From contig NC_020304.1 of assembly GCF_000341395.1 (NCBI RefSeq), positions 540,001-572,000 of the forward strand: 32,000 nucleotides of DNA. Reading direction: 5' to 3'. Both the position numbers and the translations under genes were made by a program. Positions 1 through 10,056 of this stretch are shown here, piece after piece. The notes under the pieces are model-generated. The model was given only the letters and a program-made list of their open reading frames with translations. It was not told the DNA's origin and did not search any database. How positions within the stretch are numbered: the stretch's first letter is position 1; each line of letters opens with the position of its first letter. This DNA is from Desulfocapsa sulfexigens DSM 10523 (GTDB lineage: Bacteria > Desulfobacterota > Desulfobulbia > Desulfobulbales > Desulfocapsaceae).

Positions 1-101
1 CATGATATGATGAGGAGTTTCTTTCGTCCTGTTGTACAGGTTCCATGGTTTATCTCTTTCGAGGGTTAGGCTTTAAAACTGCACCACCATACTAATATAA
101 G

Positions 102-3100
102 ATGCCAGACCCAAGCAACGATTTACTTCCAATTTACGACAAACTCACTCCCTTTGAGCAGACTCTTCTTCAGTTCCAATCCATTGTCTACGAGCCTGCC
201 CACACGACTCTAATCGTCAACTGCCTGCGCAAACTTGATATTCGCAGCCCACGTGGCAATCGCCCAACTGCTGCCAACCTGAACCATTATTTCACGAAAT
301 TCCAAGAAGCTGGCCTGGTCACAAAGGAACGGCAATGTTCTCCACATATTGTAGAGAAACTCAGTCGTATTGCAGTGGCAGAAGGTACTTTTGCAACCTA
401 CGCAGAGGTCATTCGAAAAGAGGCACCGGTCTCATACTACTATGGGAAATGGACAACCCGATGCTGGCGTGCCATGCGTGAAATGCGTATTGGTATTTAC
501 ACCCAGGATTTTGATGTCATCGACGATGCTCTTGAATTTCTCTCTGGCCAATGCCGGGAGATCCTTTCACCATTACCACCCACGGTTCATGTAACAACAG
601 GACCGTTCGACCCCACATGGTTCAGAAGTCTTGCTCCTTCCTTCCAGTTTTTCCTCCTCAATGACATTCTGCGCTACGAGCAGTCAACACTGAACAGCTA
701 CCCTGAAATCCTTACTTACCTGGAAGAAGAAACAGGATTAGAAGAACTTAGCCAGGACGAGAAGCTCCCCTTTCAGCGTATTCTCTTTAATCAATATATA
801 TTCAGGGGAAGACTTGTCGAAGCAAAACAACTCGTTGAAGAAAACAGTGAAAGTTTTGTCGGCACCGGAGCAGCCGGCACCCTCGCCTTTCTCTCAGGCA
901 ACCAAAATAAAACGGCAGACTTATTTGAGCTTGACCTTGATTTTCTTCGCGACCTGACTGGCAGTGAAAAGGCTGCATTCTTCGGCCCCATTGGTCTCTT
1001 CCACGCACTTGCCGTCCTCCAGAATGATCAGACAGATAAGGAGCAGAAGGTTGCCCATCAAATCGGTATCGCCCTGTCACTCTTCAGCAAAAGTGTTGAG
1101 GAAAAAGCATATCAGGTTCTTGCCAATTTCCTCCAGATACGAAACAGTACAGCACTGCCAGGAGATGAAACAAGCTTCCATAAGGATGATGCACCTCACA
1201 GTCTCACCATCCTTGTTACGGCTCTCTCTCAATACTGGCTAAACTCGAACCTCCAGCCTGAATTGAAGCTACTGGTGAAAAGGCTTTACCATCAGGCGCT
1301 CACCAATGACTTCCATTTCTTTTCTCTAAACCTTGCAGCTCTTCTGGCAGGAATTGGTGACACTGATGGGGAATACAATGACACAATCACCCGCCTGAAA
1401 GGGGAGACGGGCCTCATTCCGCTGATTGACATCCTTGAATCTGAAGAACCGTGGAAACGAAATCTGCAGGCATTGATACAGGTAACTGCCTCTTCGCATG
1501 AGTCCAGTAATGCAATGAATGAGCGACTCATCTGGCTGGTGGAGTACAAGAATGGGAAGATGCACATCAACCCCAAAGAGCAGAAACGAAATGCAGCTGG
1601 AGTATGGAGTAAAGGCAGACCTATCTCACTTTCCCGGCTCTACTCGGGAAAACTGCCCTACCTGACCGTTCAGGACAGAAAGATTTCAGCATGTATTCAA
1701 AAGCAGGTGAACACCGAAACCCATGGCATCAGTTACCATTTCGAAATGGATAAAACATTGCTTGCCATGACCAATCATCCTCTACTCTTCTTCGCAAAAT
1801 CTCCTGGAACCCCAGTAGAATTCATTAGCGGAGAACCGGAACTTCTGGTTGAAGAACGAGGTAACCAGCTCCATATCTGTTTTGCTCAGAAGGTAACAGA
1901 AGACAATATTACCATCTTCCAGGAAACCCCCACCCGTTATAAAATTATTGAAATCAACGACAATCACCGTAGAATTTCCCAGATTACTGGCAAAAATGGT
2001 CTTGTTGTTCCCATCGACGCCAGCGAACAGGTGCTCACCGCCATTGGAAATATTTCTTCTTTTATGACAGTCCATTCGGCCATAGCAGCCGAGACACAGC
2101 CGGGGATAAACACCAATATTGAGCAGGTTGAAGCAGACCCTACCATTTATATGCACTTACTTCCCTATGGCACCGGTTTCAGACTTGAAATGTTTGTAAA
2201 ACCCTTTCTTGACGGTGGTCATTACCTGAAACCTGGACAGGGTGTTGAAAATATCATCGCTGAAGTGCGAGGACAGCGACTCCAGACCAAGCGCAACCTC
2301 TCCCTTGAAGAGCATATGGCACGGGAAGTGGAAGAATCATGCCCTATTCTCGATCTGGCCATCGATCTCGAACAGGAAAATGATCGTGAATGGCATCTTC
2401 AGGACCCCGATGACTGCCTTCAGGCTTTACAGGAATTACAGGCAATACAGGACAGAGTTGTTATTGAATGGCCAGAAGGTGAAAAGTTAAATATCACCCA
2501 TCAGGCCTCTTTAAAAAACCTCAACCTCAAAGTCCGAACCAGTCAACAAAACTGGTTTGCCCTCTCCGGGGAAATCAGACTGGATCAGGATACGGTAATC
2601 GACCTGAGGGAACTTCTTGCCAAAGTAAAAACATCCCATAGCCATTTTATTCAAATCAGGGAAGGTCAATTTCTTGCCCTCACCCAGGAATTCAAAAAGA
2701 AGCTCGAAGAGATAAATCTCTATGCGGAAGGGATGACCGATGGTGAAGAGGGGGAACTCCTTATCCATCACCTGGCCGCAATTCCTCTTGAAAAACTGGT
2801 TGACCAGGCAGAGGCAGATGTTGACGATGGCTGGGTTGAGCAGATCAAACGTATTCACGAGAGTCAGTCTTTTAAACCGCAGCTACCATCCACTCTCCGT
2901 GCTGAACTGCGCGATTATCAACATGAAGGCTATAACTGGCTATCCCGTCTTGCTCACTGGGGTGTTGGCGGATGCCTTGCCGACGATATGGGCCTTGGGA
3001 AAACCGTCCAGGCACTTACTGCCATGCTTTCACTGGCAACAGAGGGCCCGTCACTTGTAGTCGCGCCAACTTCCGTCTCCAACAACTGGCAGTCCGAGGC

Positions 3101-4274
3101 AAATCGTTTCACACCGACATTGAATATCAAGACACTGACCGGAAAAAATCGGGAAGAGACCATCGCCGAACTCGGTAAGTTTGACATCCTGATAACCACT
3201 TACACTCTTCTCCAACAGGAGAATGATCTCCTCTCTGCCGTAAAATGGCAAACCGTTATTCTGGACGAGGCTCAGGCTATCAAGAATGCAGCAACCAAAC
3301 GATCGAAAGCTGCCATGGCACTCCAGGCCCGCTTCAAATTAATCACCACGGGTACCCCCGTAGAAAACCACCTGGGCGAACTCTGGAACCTGTTTCACTT
3401 TATAAACCCTGGGCTCCTTGGTTCCCTGAACCGTTTCAACGAACGTTTTGCCATCCCAATTGAGCGATACCACAACCGTGATGCCAGACTCAAGCTGAAA
3501 AAACTCATTCGCCCTTTTATTCTACGCCGTATCAAGTCCCAGGTACTGGAAGAGTTACCACCGCGAACTGAGATAACGCTGGATGTGGAGATGAGTGAGG
3601 ATGAACAACACTTTTACGAAGCCCTCAGACAAAATGCTCTGGAGGTTCTCGAAAATAACAGGGAGAAAAAATCTCGTCATCTTCAGATCCTGACTGAAAT
3701 AATGAAGCTCCGTCAGGCCTGTTGCAACCCACGACTTATCGCAGCCGACACCAGTATTGGCAGTGCCAAGCTGGAAGTATTTGCCTCCGTCGTTGACGAG
3801 CTGCTCAGTGGCGGCCATAAGGCTCTTATATTCAGTCAGTTTATTGGACACCTGACAATCCTGCGCGAACACCTTGACGCCAAAGGAATCAACTACCGAT
3901 ACCTTGATGGCTCTACCAGCAGCCCAAAACGTAAACAGGAAGTTGAGAGGTTCCAGGCAGGTGAAGGTGATCTCTTCCTTATCAGCCTCAAGGCTGGAGG
4001 ACTTGGTCTAAACCTGACAGCAGCTGATTACGTTATCCATATGGATCCATGGTGGAACCCTGCCGTTGAAGATCAGGCCTCGGATCGCGCCCATCGGATC
4101 GGCCAGAAAAGACCTGTAACTATCTACAGACTGGTCTGCAAAAATACCATTGAAGAAAAGATTGTAAAACTGCACCAGGAGAAACGGGATCTGGCGGGAA
4201 GTCTGCTGGAAGGATCTGATATGAGCGCCAAAATGACCAGCGAAGATCTGCTCGATCTTATTCGCGGTCAGTAG
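102..4274 (+). CDS. SNF2-family DEAD/DEAH-box helicase (HepA/RapA-like) with a long uncharacterised N-terminal region
   Basis: 1390-aa ORF; Walker A 'LADDMGLGKTVQALTAML', 'VILDEAQAIKN' (DEAQ box), 'LITTGTPVENHLGELWNLFHFINPGLLG', C-terminal 'LISLKAGGLGLNLTAADYVIHMDPWWNPAVEDQASDRAHRIGQ' motifs. Confidence 0.96.
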   Translation: MPDPSNDLLPIYDKLTPFEQTLLQFQSIVYEPAHTTLIVNCLRKLDIRSPRGNRPTAANLNHYFTKFQEAGLVTKERQCSPHIVEKLSRIAVAEGTFATYAEVIRKEAPVSYYYGKWTTRCWRAMREMRIGIYTQDFDVIDDALEFLSGQCREILSPLPPTVHVTTGPFDPTWFRSLAPSFQFFLLNDILRYEQSTLNSYPEILTYLEEETGLEELSQDEKLPFQRILFNQYIFRGRLVEAKQLVEENSESFVGTGAAGTLAFLSGNQNKTADLFELDLDFLRDLTGSEKAAFFGPIGLFHALAVLQNDQTDKEQKVAHQIGIALSLFSKSVEEKAYQVLANFLQIRNSTALPGDETSFHKDDAPHSLTILVTALSQYWLNSNLQPELKLLVKRLYHQALTNDFHFFSLNLAALLAGIGDTDGEYNDTITRLKGETGLIPLIDILESEEPWKRNLQALIQVTASSHESSNAMNERLIWLVEYKNGKMHINPKEQKRNAAGVWSKGRPISLSRLYSGKLPYLTVQDRKISACIQKQVNTETHGISYHFEMDKTLLAMTNHPLLFFAKSPGTPVEFISGEPELLVEERGNQLHICFAQKVTEDNITIFQETPTRYKIIEINDNHRRISQITGKNGLVVPIDASEQVLTAIGNISSFMTVHSAIAAETQPGINTNIEQVEADPTIYMHLLPYGTGFRLEMFVKPFLDGGHYLKPGQGVENIIAEVRGQRLQTKRNLSLEEHMAREVEESCPILDLAIDLEQENDREWHLQDPDDCLQALQELQAIQDRVVIEWPEGEKLNITHQASLKNLNLKVRTSQQNWFALSGEIRLDQDTVIDLRELLAKVKTSHSHFIQIREGQFLALTQEFKKKLEEINLYAEGMTDGEEGELLIHHLAAIPLEKLVDQAEADVDDGWVEQIKRIHESQSFKPQLPSTLRAELRDYQHEGYNWLSRLAHWGVGGCLADDMGLGKTVQALTAMLSLATEGPSLVVAPTSVSNNWQSEANRFTPTLNIKTLTGKNREETIAELGKFDILITTYTLLQQENDLLSAVKWQTVILDEAQAIKNAATKRSKAAMALQARFKLITTGTPVENHLGELWNLFHFINPGLLGSLNRFNERFAIPIERYHNRDARLKLKKLIRPFILRRIKSQVLEELPPRTEITLDVEMSEDEQHFYEALRQNALEVLENNREKKSRHLQILTEIMKLRQACCNPRLIAADTSIGSAKLEVFASVVDELLSGGHKALIFSQFIGHLTILREHLDAKGINYRYLDGSTSSPKRKQEVERFQAGEGDLFLISLKAGGLGLNLTAADYVIHMDPWWNPAVEDQASDRAHRIGQKRPVTIYRLVCKNTIEEKIVKLHQEKRDLAGSLLEGSDMSAKMTSEDLLDLIRGQ

Positions 4275-4289
4275 GGAAAGATACAACAT

Positions 4290-4320
4290 CCTGCGGCCGG
4301 GGAATCTATTCGGCCGCAGG
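4290..4320. terminator. Perfect 10-bp inverted repeat between convergent genes (CCTGCGGCCG ... CGGCCGCAGG), no T-tract
   Basis: Read directly: CCTGCGGCCG-GGGAATCTATT-CGGCCGCAGG between the helicase stop and the convergent cobA/hemD gene. Confidence 0.5.
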
Positions 4321-4404
4321 AGTAAATAGACGTGGGCGCAGAGTTTGTGGCCTGTGCCAAAAACTCATCTCACACTCCTATTCAAAAGCAATCTGCCAGA
4401 ATCG

Positions 4405-5949
4405 TTATTTATTTGAGTAAAACGCCACAATTTCGTGAACCAACTCAGGAATCGTGTGTGATTCCGGCTGTATGTCAACATGGAGGCCATTATCTGTTAC
4501 TGTCTTCGCAGTAATTGGACCAATCGCTGCAATTGTCACTTCATGCATCAAACGCCTCAATTCCGAGCTACTATCTGCATCAACCATTGAAAGAAAATTA
4601 CTGACCGTTGAAGAGCTGGTGAAGGTCACCATATCAACTTTTCCAGACTCAAGCTCTTGACGCAGTTGTTCACGCTTTCCTTCCGGAGAGACATTTTTAT
4701 AAACCGGAGCGACAGTGACCTGGGCGCCGGCTCCACGCAGAGTCTCAGGAAGTATCTCCCGAGCCTTCTCAGCCCGAGGAATCAGGACATTTCTCCCTTC
4801 AACTCCCTGATCAAGCAGGGCCTCAGCCAGCCCTTCGCCAGTAAAAACGGCAGGAAGTAAATCCGCCCGCACACCATAATCAAGCAGGAGGTCAGCGGTT
4901 GCCTTGCCAACAGCAGCAATCGCCGGTCCCTTCATGCTTCTTGCATCCATTCCCTTGGCGTAAAGACGTTCAAAAAAGTATTTCACCCCATTCAGAGAGG
5001 TAAAGAGAATCCAATGATACTCATCAAGACGTTCAAGCTCCTCGTCAAGCACTTCGTAAGAATCCATGGGTTCTATCTTGATTGTTGAATATTCAAGGCA
5101 GTTGGCACCATGCTCTTCAAGACCAGCCATAAGTTCCGATGCCTGCTCTCTGGTTCGTGTAACCACGATCCGCTTCCCGAACAGAGGCCGTTTCTCAAAC
5201 CAGTCAATGGTCTCTCTCAGCTTAACAACCTCACCGACGATGATCAGGGCCGGCGGTTTTATGCCGGATTCCCGGACAATATCGGTAATGGTTTCAAGAG
5301 TACCGACAACGGTACGCTGTTCAGGGGTAGATGCCCATCGAACCACAGCAACCGGAGTTTTGGGATCTCGGCCGTGTTTCATGAGGTTCGTTACGATGAC
5401 AGGAAGATTTTTTATCCCCATGTACACAACCAGGGTGCCGGCTCCGGTGGCAAGTTTTTCCCAGTCAACATTGGATCCGGGCTTTGTGGGATCTTCGTGA
5501 CCGGTGAGAAATGCTACAGATGCGGTATACTCCCGATGGGTGATAGGGATTCCGGCATACGTTGCAGCTGCAGTAGCCGAGGTTACACCGGGAACAACCT
5601 CAAAATCAATCCCCGATTTAGCAAGAACCTCAACCTCCTCCCCTCCTCTTCCGAAGATAAAAGGATCACCACCCTTGAGGCGGACAACCATCTTTCCTGA
5701 TTCGGCCCAGTCAACCAGCATCTGATTAATTTCTTCCTGGGTATGGGTATGCTTCACACCACCCTTTTTTCCGGCATAAATCAACTCTGCTTCTTTAGGG
5801 ACATACTTCAAAAGTTTAGGACTCGCCAGATAGTCATAGACGACAACCTCTGCTCTCTGCAGGAGAAACTTCCCTCTCACTGTTATCAAACCGGGATCTC
5901 CGGGACCTGCACCTACCAGATACACCTTACCATTTCTTTTTTTACTCAT
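4405..5949 (-). CDS. cobA-hemD: Fused uroporphyrinogen-III C-methyltransferase / uroporphyrinogen-III synthase
   Basis: N-terminal 'VYLVGAGPGDPGLITVRG', 'VPGVTSATAAATYAGIPITHRE' (SUMT motifs); C-terminal 'GKRIVVTRTREQASEL...ITFTSSSTVSNF' (HemD). Confidence 0.94.
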   Translation of the reverse strand: MSKKRNGKVYLVGAGPGDPGLITVRGKFLLQRAEVVVYDYLASPKLLKYVPKEAELIYAGKKGGVKHTHTQEEINQMLVDWAESGKMVVRLKGGDPFIFGRGGEEVEVLAKSGIDFEVVPGVTSATAAATYAGIPITHREYTASVAFLTGHEDPTKPGSNVDWEKLATGAGTLVVYMGIKNLPVIVTNLMKHGRDPKTPVAVVRWASTPEQRTVVGTLETITDIVRESGIKPPALIIVGEVVKLRETIDWFEKRPLFGKRIVVTRTREQASELMAGLEEHGANCLEYSTIKIEPMDSYEVLDEELERLDEYHWILFTSLNGVKYFFERLYAKGMDARSMKGPAIAAVGKATADLLLDYGVRADLLPAVFTGEGLAEALLDQGVEGRNVLIPRAEKAREILPETLRGAGAQVTVAPVYKNVSPEGKREQLRQELESGKVDMVTFTSSSTVSNFLSMVDADSSSELRRLMHEVTIAAIGPITAKTVTDNGLHVDIQPESHTIPELVHEIVAFYSNK

Positions 5950-6095
5950 AATATTTCCAGAAAAGACGAAAAAGGTCTTTTTATAGAGGTTTACTGCTCA
6001 TTCATTCTTTTTTTTTACACAACTACAGTGGAGACAATCACCCAATTCAGGCCATTACAGCTTCACTTTCAGCCATTCACCGATGATGTGCCGTT

Positions 6096-7049
6096 TTAGC
6101 AGTTTTCACTCAATTCATCAAGTAATGATGCTGCTAAAAGAGGAATCATCAGCTCATGATGTCCTATAATATTATAGCCGCGCCCACCCGTTGCAGTAGG
6201 TCTGTTCACCACATTCGTCAACGTTCGGTAATGTTTCATAAAGTCAAAATTAGCGGTGGTAAAATCATCAACCCGGTGTCCAAGATTTCTCACCAGAGTC
6301 AGTGCCTTCAGAAACACCTCGGGCAGCAACACTGCAGAGCCGACATTCAAATATGCTCCCCCCTGTAACCCAGCAACCTCTGAACAGAACAGGCGAAAAT
6401 CATGGTGGGAGGTTTTACCGATATCTGCACCCGAAGCCGATGGATGAATATGAATAATATCTGTCCCCATGGCAACATGCACTGTCACAGGAACCCCAAG
6501 TTTTGCAGCGGTCGCCAGCAGACTTTTATCATTGTGAGGGAAATCCCTGGTAAGAAGATACTCTCCGACGGCCTGTCCCATGCCAATGTTTTCTCTTGCT
6601 CCAAGTGATATCGCTCCGTTTAATACCTCACCGGTCTCCCTGGCAGCACCGAAAGCACCGTCACCAAGGACATCACCCACCTCCTCGGATGTTGATCCTG
6701 CCATGGCAATTTCAGCATCATGAATAATGCAGGCACCATTCATGGCAAGCCCTGTTATAATAGAGCGTTCCATAAGATCAATCAGTACCGGATTTAACCC
6801 AACTTTAATAACATGTGCTCCCATTCCCACAACAATTGGCCGGCCGGCACGATGAGCCATGGCAAGGCGATGAACGAGCTCAGGAAAATCCTGCCCGAGA
6901 AGCTGTTTCGGCAGGGAAGCAATAAATTCACGAAGAGTGGCTCCTTCTCTCAAAGGAGTTGCAAAATGTTCCACAGTCACCTTGGAATACCGATCATGCA
7001 GAGAGTAGGTCTTCAGTCCATCAAAAGTAAGAGGTTTATTCTTCACCAA
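6096..7049 (-). CDS. Conserved hypothetical protein, tentatively deoxyhypusine synthase-like fold
   Basis: 317-aa ORF; 'GRPIVVGMGAHVIKVGLNPVLIDLMERSIITGLAMNGACIIHDAEIAMAG' resembles the NAD-binding region of DHS-like proteins; assignment from memory only. Confidence 0.5.
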   Translation of the reverse strand: MVKNKPLTFDGLKTYSLHDRYSKVTVEHFATPLREGATLREFIASLPKQLLGQDFPELVHRLAMAHRAGRPIVVGMGAHVIKVGLNPVLIDLMERSIITGLAMNGACIIHDAEIAMAGSTSEEVGDVLGDGAFGAARETGEVLNGAISLGARENIGMGQAVGEYLLTRDFPHNDKSLLATAAKLGVPVTVHVAMGTDIIHIHPSASGADIGKTSHHDFRLFCSEVAGLQGGAYLNVGSAVLLPEVFLKALTLVRNLGHRVDDFTTANFDFMKHYRTLTNVVNRPTATGGRGYNIIGHHELMIPLLAASLLDELSENC

Positions 7050-7620
7050 AAATCTCCCTCTCTACAATCTCACAGAGGAGGTGTTCCACCCATAAATGTA
7101 CTTCCTGGATATGCTGTGTTTTTGCAGTTGGAACATTGAGGAAGATATCTGAAATCCTTCCAAGCTCACCACCGTCTCCCGCTATTCCGCCGGTAAGAAC
7201 CGCCGTCCTCATACCAATCTCTTTAGCCACTTCAATGCCCTTGATAACATTCATCGATGATCCTGAAGTAGAAATCCCCAGGGCAAGATCTTCAGGCTTT
7301 CCAAGCGCCTGTACCTGTTTTGAAAAAATCTCATCAAAAGAGAAATCATTGCCAATGGATGTGATAATCGAGGTATCGGTACTCAAAGCCACAGCCGCAA
7401 GAGGCCTTCTGTTAATCAGGAAACGATTCACAAATTCAGCAGCCATGTGCTGGGCATCGGCAGCACTGCCGCCATTTCCGAAAATCAAAATTTTTCCGCC
7501 CTGACGAAGCGTTACCACCATCAGACAAGCCAGATCGATCAATTTCTTGCGGCTTTCCGTTACAAAAGCCTCTTTGGCCATCACTGAGTTAATCAATCCT
7601 TCAGAAACGATTTGTTCCAT
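7036..7620 (-). CDS. gmhA: SIS-domain sedoheptulose-7-phosphate (phosphoheptose) isomerase, GmhA-like
   Basis: 'GGKILIFGNGGSAADAQHMAAEFVNRF', 'LALGISTSGSSMNVIKGIEVAKEIGMRTAVLTG'; internal ATG at 7620 (MEQIVSEG...) preferred over the track start at 7761. Confidence 0.9.
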   Translation of the reverse strand: MEQIVSEGLINSVMAKEAFVTESRKKLIDLACLMVVTLRQGGKILIFGNGGSAADAQHMAAEFVNRFLINRRPLAAVALSTDTSIITSIGNDFSFDEIFSKQVQALGKPEDLALGISTSGSSMNVIKGIEVAKEIGMRTAVLTGGIAGDGGELGRISDIFLNVPTAKTQHIQEVHLWVEHLLCEIVEREIFGEE

Positions 7621-7787
7621 AAAATAGGTCCCATAAATCAATAGAAGAGAATAAATACAATATTTTTGCCTTTCATATGTAAAGTATCCCGGACAAAAAA
7701 GCAAAAAAAATGGGCACACCGTAACCTGCCACGGAAATGCCCATAGATAAAAACCTGTCACAGAGACAGCTTACGAAACCATCAAAA

Positions 7788-8465
7788 TCAGTCCAGTTCA
7801 GCAAGAATTGCCGCTGTTACTTCTTTAATAGGAAGAGAACCATCAACAGAAATCACTTTACTGTCGGTACCTTTAAAATAATTCACTGCTGCCATTGTAC
7901 CGGTTTTGGTGTCATAGTAAATATCGTGACGCTTGTTGATTGCTTCCTCATCCTGATCATCGGCGCGGGCACTGAGTTCACCGCCACAGACACGACAAAC
8001 CAGTTTTCCATCTTTCTCAACAGGCTTAATAGCCTCAAAAGCAATGTGATTTGGATGATTATTATCATTGGCACAAAGACGACGGCCCATGATACGCTCC
8101 TTGGCAATCTGACGGTCAAGAAGGATTTCAATGACATAGTCGATTTTCATTCCGGCCTCTTTCAAAGCACTGTCAAGAGCCTCAGCCTGAGCAAGAGAAC
8201 GAGGAAAGCCATCAAGCAACCAGCCTTTTTCTTTGGATTTGGCAAGGGTCTCAAGAACCATGGGGATGGTGATTTCATCGGGTACCAGGTCACCTGCCTC
8301 AATGAATGCTTTTGCTTTCATTCCCAGCTCGGTTCCACCTTTAATGTGCTCACGAAAAATGGCACCGGACTCAATGTGATCCATACCATACTTATCTTTC
8401 ACAATAGCACCCTGAGTTCCTTTTCCACTACCGTTTGGTCCAAATGCGAGAATGTTTACAGCCAT
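7788..8465 (-). CDS. adk: Adenylate kinase
   Basis: 'AVNILAFGPNGSGKGTQG', 'WLLDGFPRSLAQAEAL', 'GRRLCANDNN...CRVCGGELSARADD' Cys-containing lid. Confidence 0.93.
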   Translation of the reverse strand: MAVNILAFGPNGSGKGTQGAIVKDKYGMDHIESGAIFREHIKGGTELGMKAKAFIEAGDLVPDEITIPMVLETLAKSKEKGWLLDGFPRSLAQAEALDSALKEAGMKIDYVIEILLDRQIAKERIMGRRLCANDNNHPNHIAFEAIKPVEKDGKLVCRVCGGELSARADDQDEEAINKRHDIYYDTKTGTMAAVNYFKGTDSKVISVDGSLPIKEVTAAILAELD

Positions 8466-8728
8466 GTTAGTCTCCTTTAGGCAAAGTATATGTGCTTTGG
8501 TACAGGGTAGAAATAATCGTTACCACCTGCACCAATCTGAACGCAGTTGTGAATGAATACTCACTCAAAAATTTTAACAGACAACCTAATCGAAAAATGA
8601 AATTGTTTCTAGTAAAATATCCACGCTTAACGTTTTGACTTTCAGTGGGAAAAAGGGTATTTTCTCCGCAGTTAATACGGTTACCAGAAAAACTCATCAC
8701 ACTAATCAGAGATACTACACCCCATATT

Positions 8729-10036
8729 ATGAAAAAAATTCAAGTTGGCCTTATTGGTTTTGGTACCGTTGGCAGCGGTCTTGCACAAACTCTTTACGAA
8801 CAGAAAGAACGACTGCAGCGAAAGGTCGGAACCGAGATCGTCCTGACCCAGGTCGCCGACATCATGACAGATTCTCTACCTGAACAGTTTGCAGGGGTGA
8901 AACTGACCAAAGACGCTGGAGATATCTTCAGCAATCCTGATATCGATATTGTGGTGGAACTGATAGGTGGTATGGAGCCAGCCAGAACCTTCATGCTTGA
9001 GGCAATCAAAAATGGAAAGCACGTGGTTACTGCAAACAAGGCTCTCCTATCCGTACACGGCAAAGAGATCTTTGAAGCAGCAGTTGCCAACAATGTTGAA
9101 GTTGGATTTGAGGCAAGCGTGGGGGGCGGTATACCTGTCATCAAGTCTTTAAAAGAAGGACTCGTTGCCAACCGCATCGAATCAATCATGGGTATCATGA
9201 ATGGTACAGCCAACTATATACTCACCAGAATGACCGACGAAGGCGTCCCCTTTGACGAGGTACTCAAAGATGCCCAGGAACAGGGTTTTGCCGAAGCAGA
9301 TCCCACCTACGATGTCGAAGGCATCGACACAGCGCACAAGCTTGCCATCCTTATGACCATCGCCTATGGCAAACATGTCCACCTCGATGACATCAATACC
9401 GAAGGAATCTCCAATATCACACCTGTGGACATAGAATTTGCCAAGGAGTTCGGTTGCCGCATCAAACTGCTGGCAATCAGCCGCAACCATGACACTCACG
9501 TGGAAGCACGTGTCCATCCGACCATGGTTCCAAACTCACATATGCTGGCTAACATCAATGGCGCCTATAACGCCATCCATTTCACAGGTGATACTGTCGG
9601 CAACGTCCTGCTCTACGGCCTTGGCGCCGGAATGATGCCGACGGGCAGTGCCGTTGCAGCAGATGTTGTCGATATTGGACGCAATATCCTCTGCAATTCG
9701 ATAAACCGCGTGCCGGCCCTTTCCTACCTACCACAACATATTGGAAAACCAACGATCACTCCGATGTCAGAATTAAGTGGTCCCTATTATTTCAGGATCA
9801 CAGCACTGGATAAGCCGGGAGTCCTGTCAACCATCTCCGGAATTTTCAGTAAATATAATATATCAATTAAATCTGTAATCCAGAAAAGCCGTCATGAGCT
9901 TGACCCCGTTGCCATTGTTATACACAGTCATGTTGCAAACGAAGATTCCGTACAAAAGTGTATCGCGGAGATAGATGCTCTCGATGTCTGCACCGAAAAC
10001 ACTGTTAAAATACGAATCCTTACGGATAACAAATAA
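8729..10036 (+). CDS. hom: Homoserine dehydrogenase with C-terminal ACT domain
   Basis: Start placed at internal ATG 8729: 'MKKIQVGLIGFGTVGSGLAQTL'; 'ANKALLSVHGKEIF', 'GIMNGTANYILTRM', C-terminal 'YYFRITALDKPGVLSTISGIF' ACT. Confidence 0.95.
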   Translation: MKKIQVGLIGFGTVGSGLAQTLYEQKERLQRKVGTEIVLTQVADIMTDSLPEQFAGVKLTKDAGDIFSNPDIDIVVELIGGMEPARTFMLEAIKNGKHVVTANKALLSVHGKEIFEAAVANNVEVGFEASVGGGIPVIKSLKEGLVANRIESIMGIMNGTANYILTRMTDEGVPFDEVLKDAQEQGFAEADPTYDVEGIDTAHKLAILMTIAYGKHVHLDDINTEGISNITPVDIEFAKEFGCRIKLLAISRNHDTHVEARVHPTMVPNSHMLANINGAYNAIHFTGDTVGNVLLYGLGAGMMPTGSAVAADVVDIGRNILCNSINRVPALSYLPQHIGKPTITPMSELSGPYYFRITALDKPGVLSTISGIFSKYNISIKSVIQKSRHELDPVAIVIHSHVANEDSVQKCIAEIDALDVCTENTVKIRILTDNK

Positions 10037-10056
10037 ACCTGCACCTGAAGTTATAG

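Noticed and set aside
4454-5700. Several plus-strand ORFs (68-196 aa) across 4454-5700
   Set aside because: All are antisense shadows of the well-supported cobA-hemD fusion gene.
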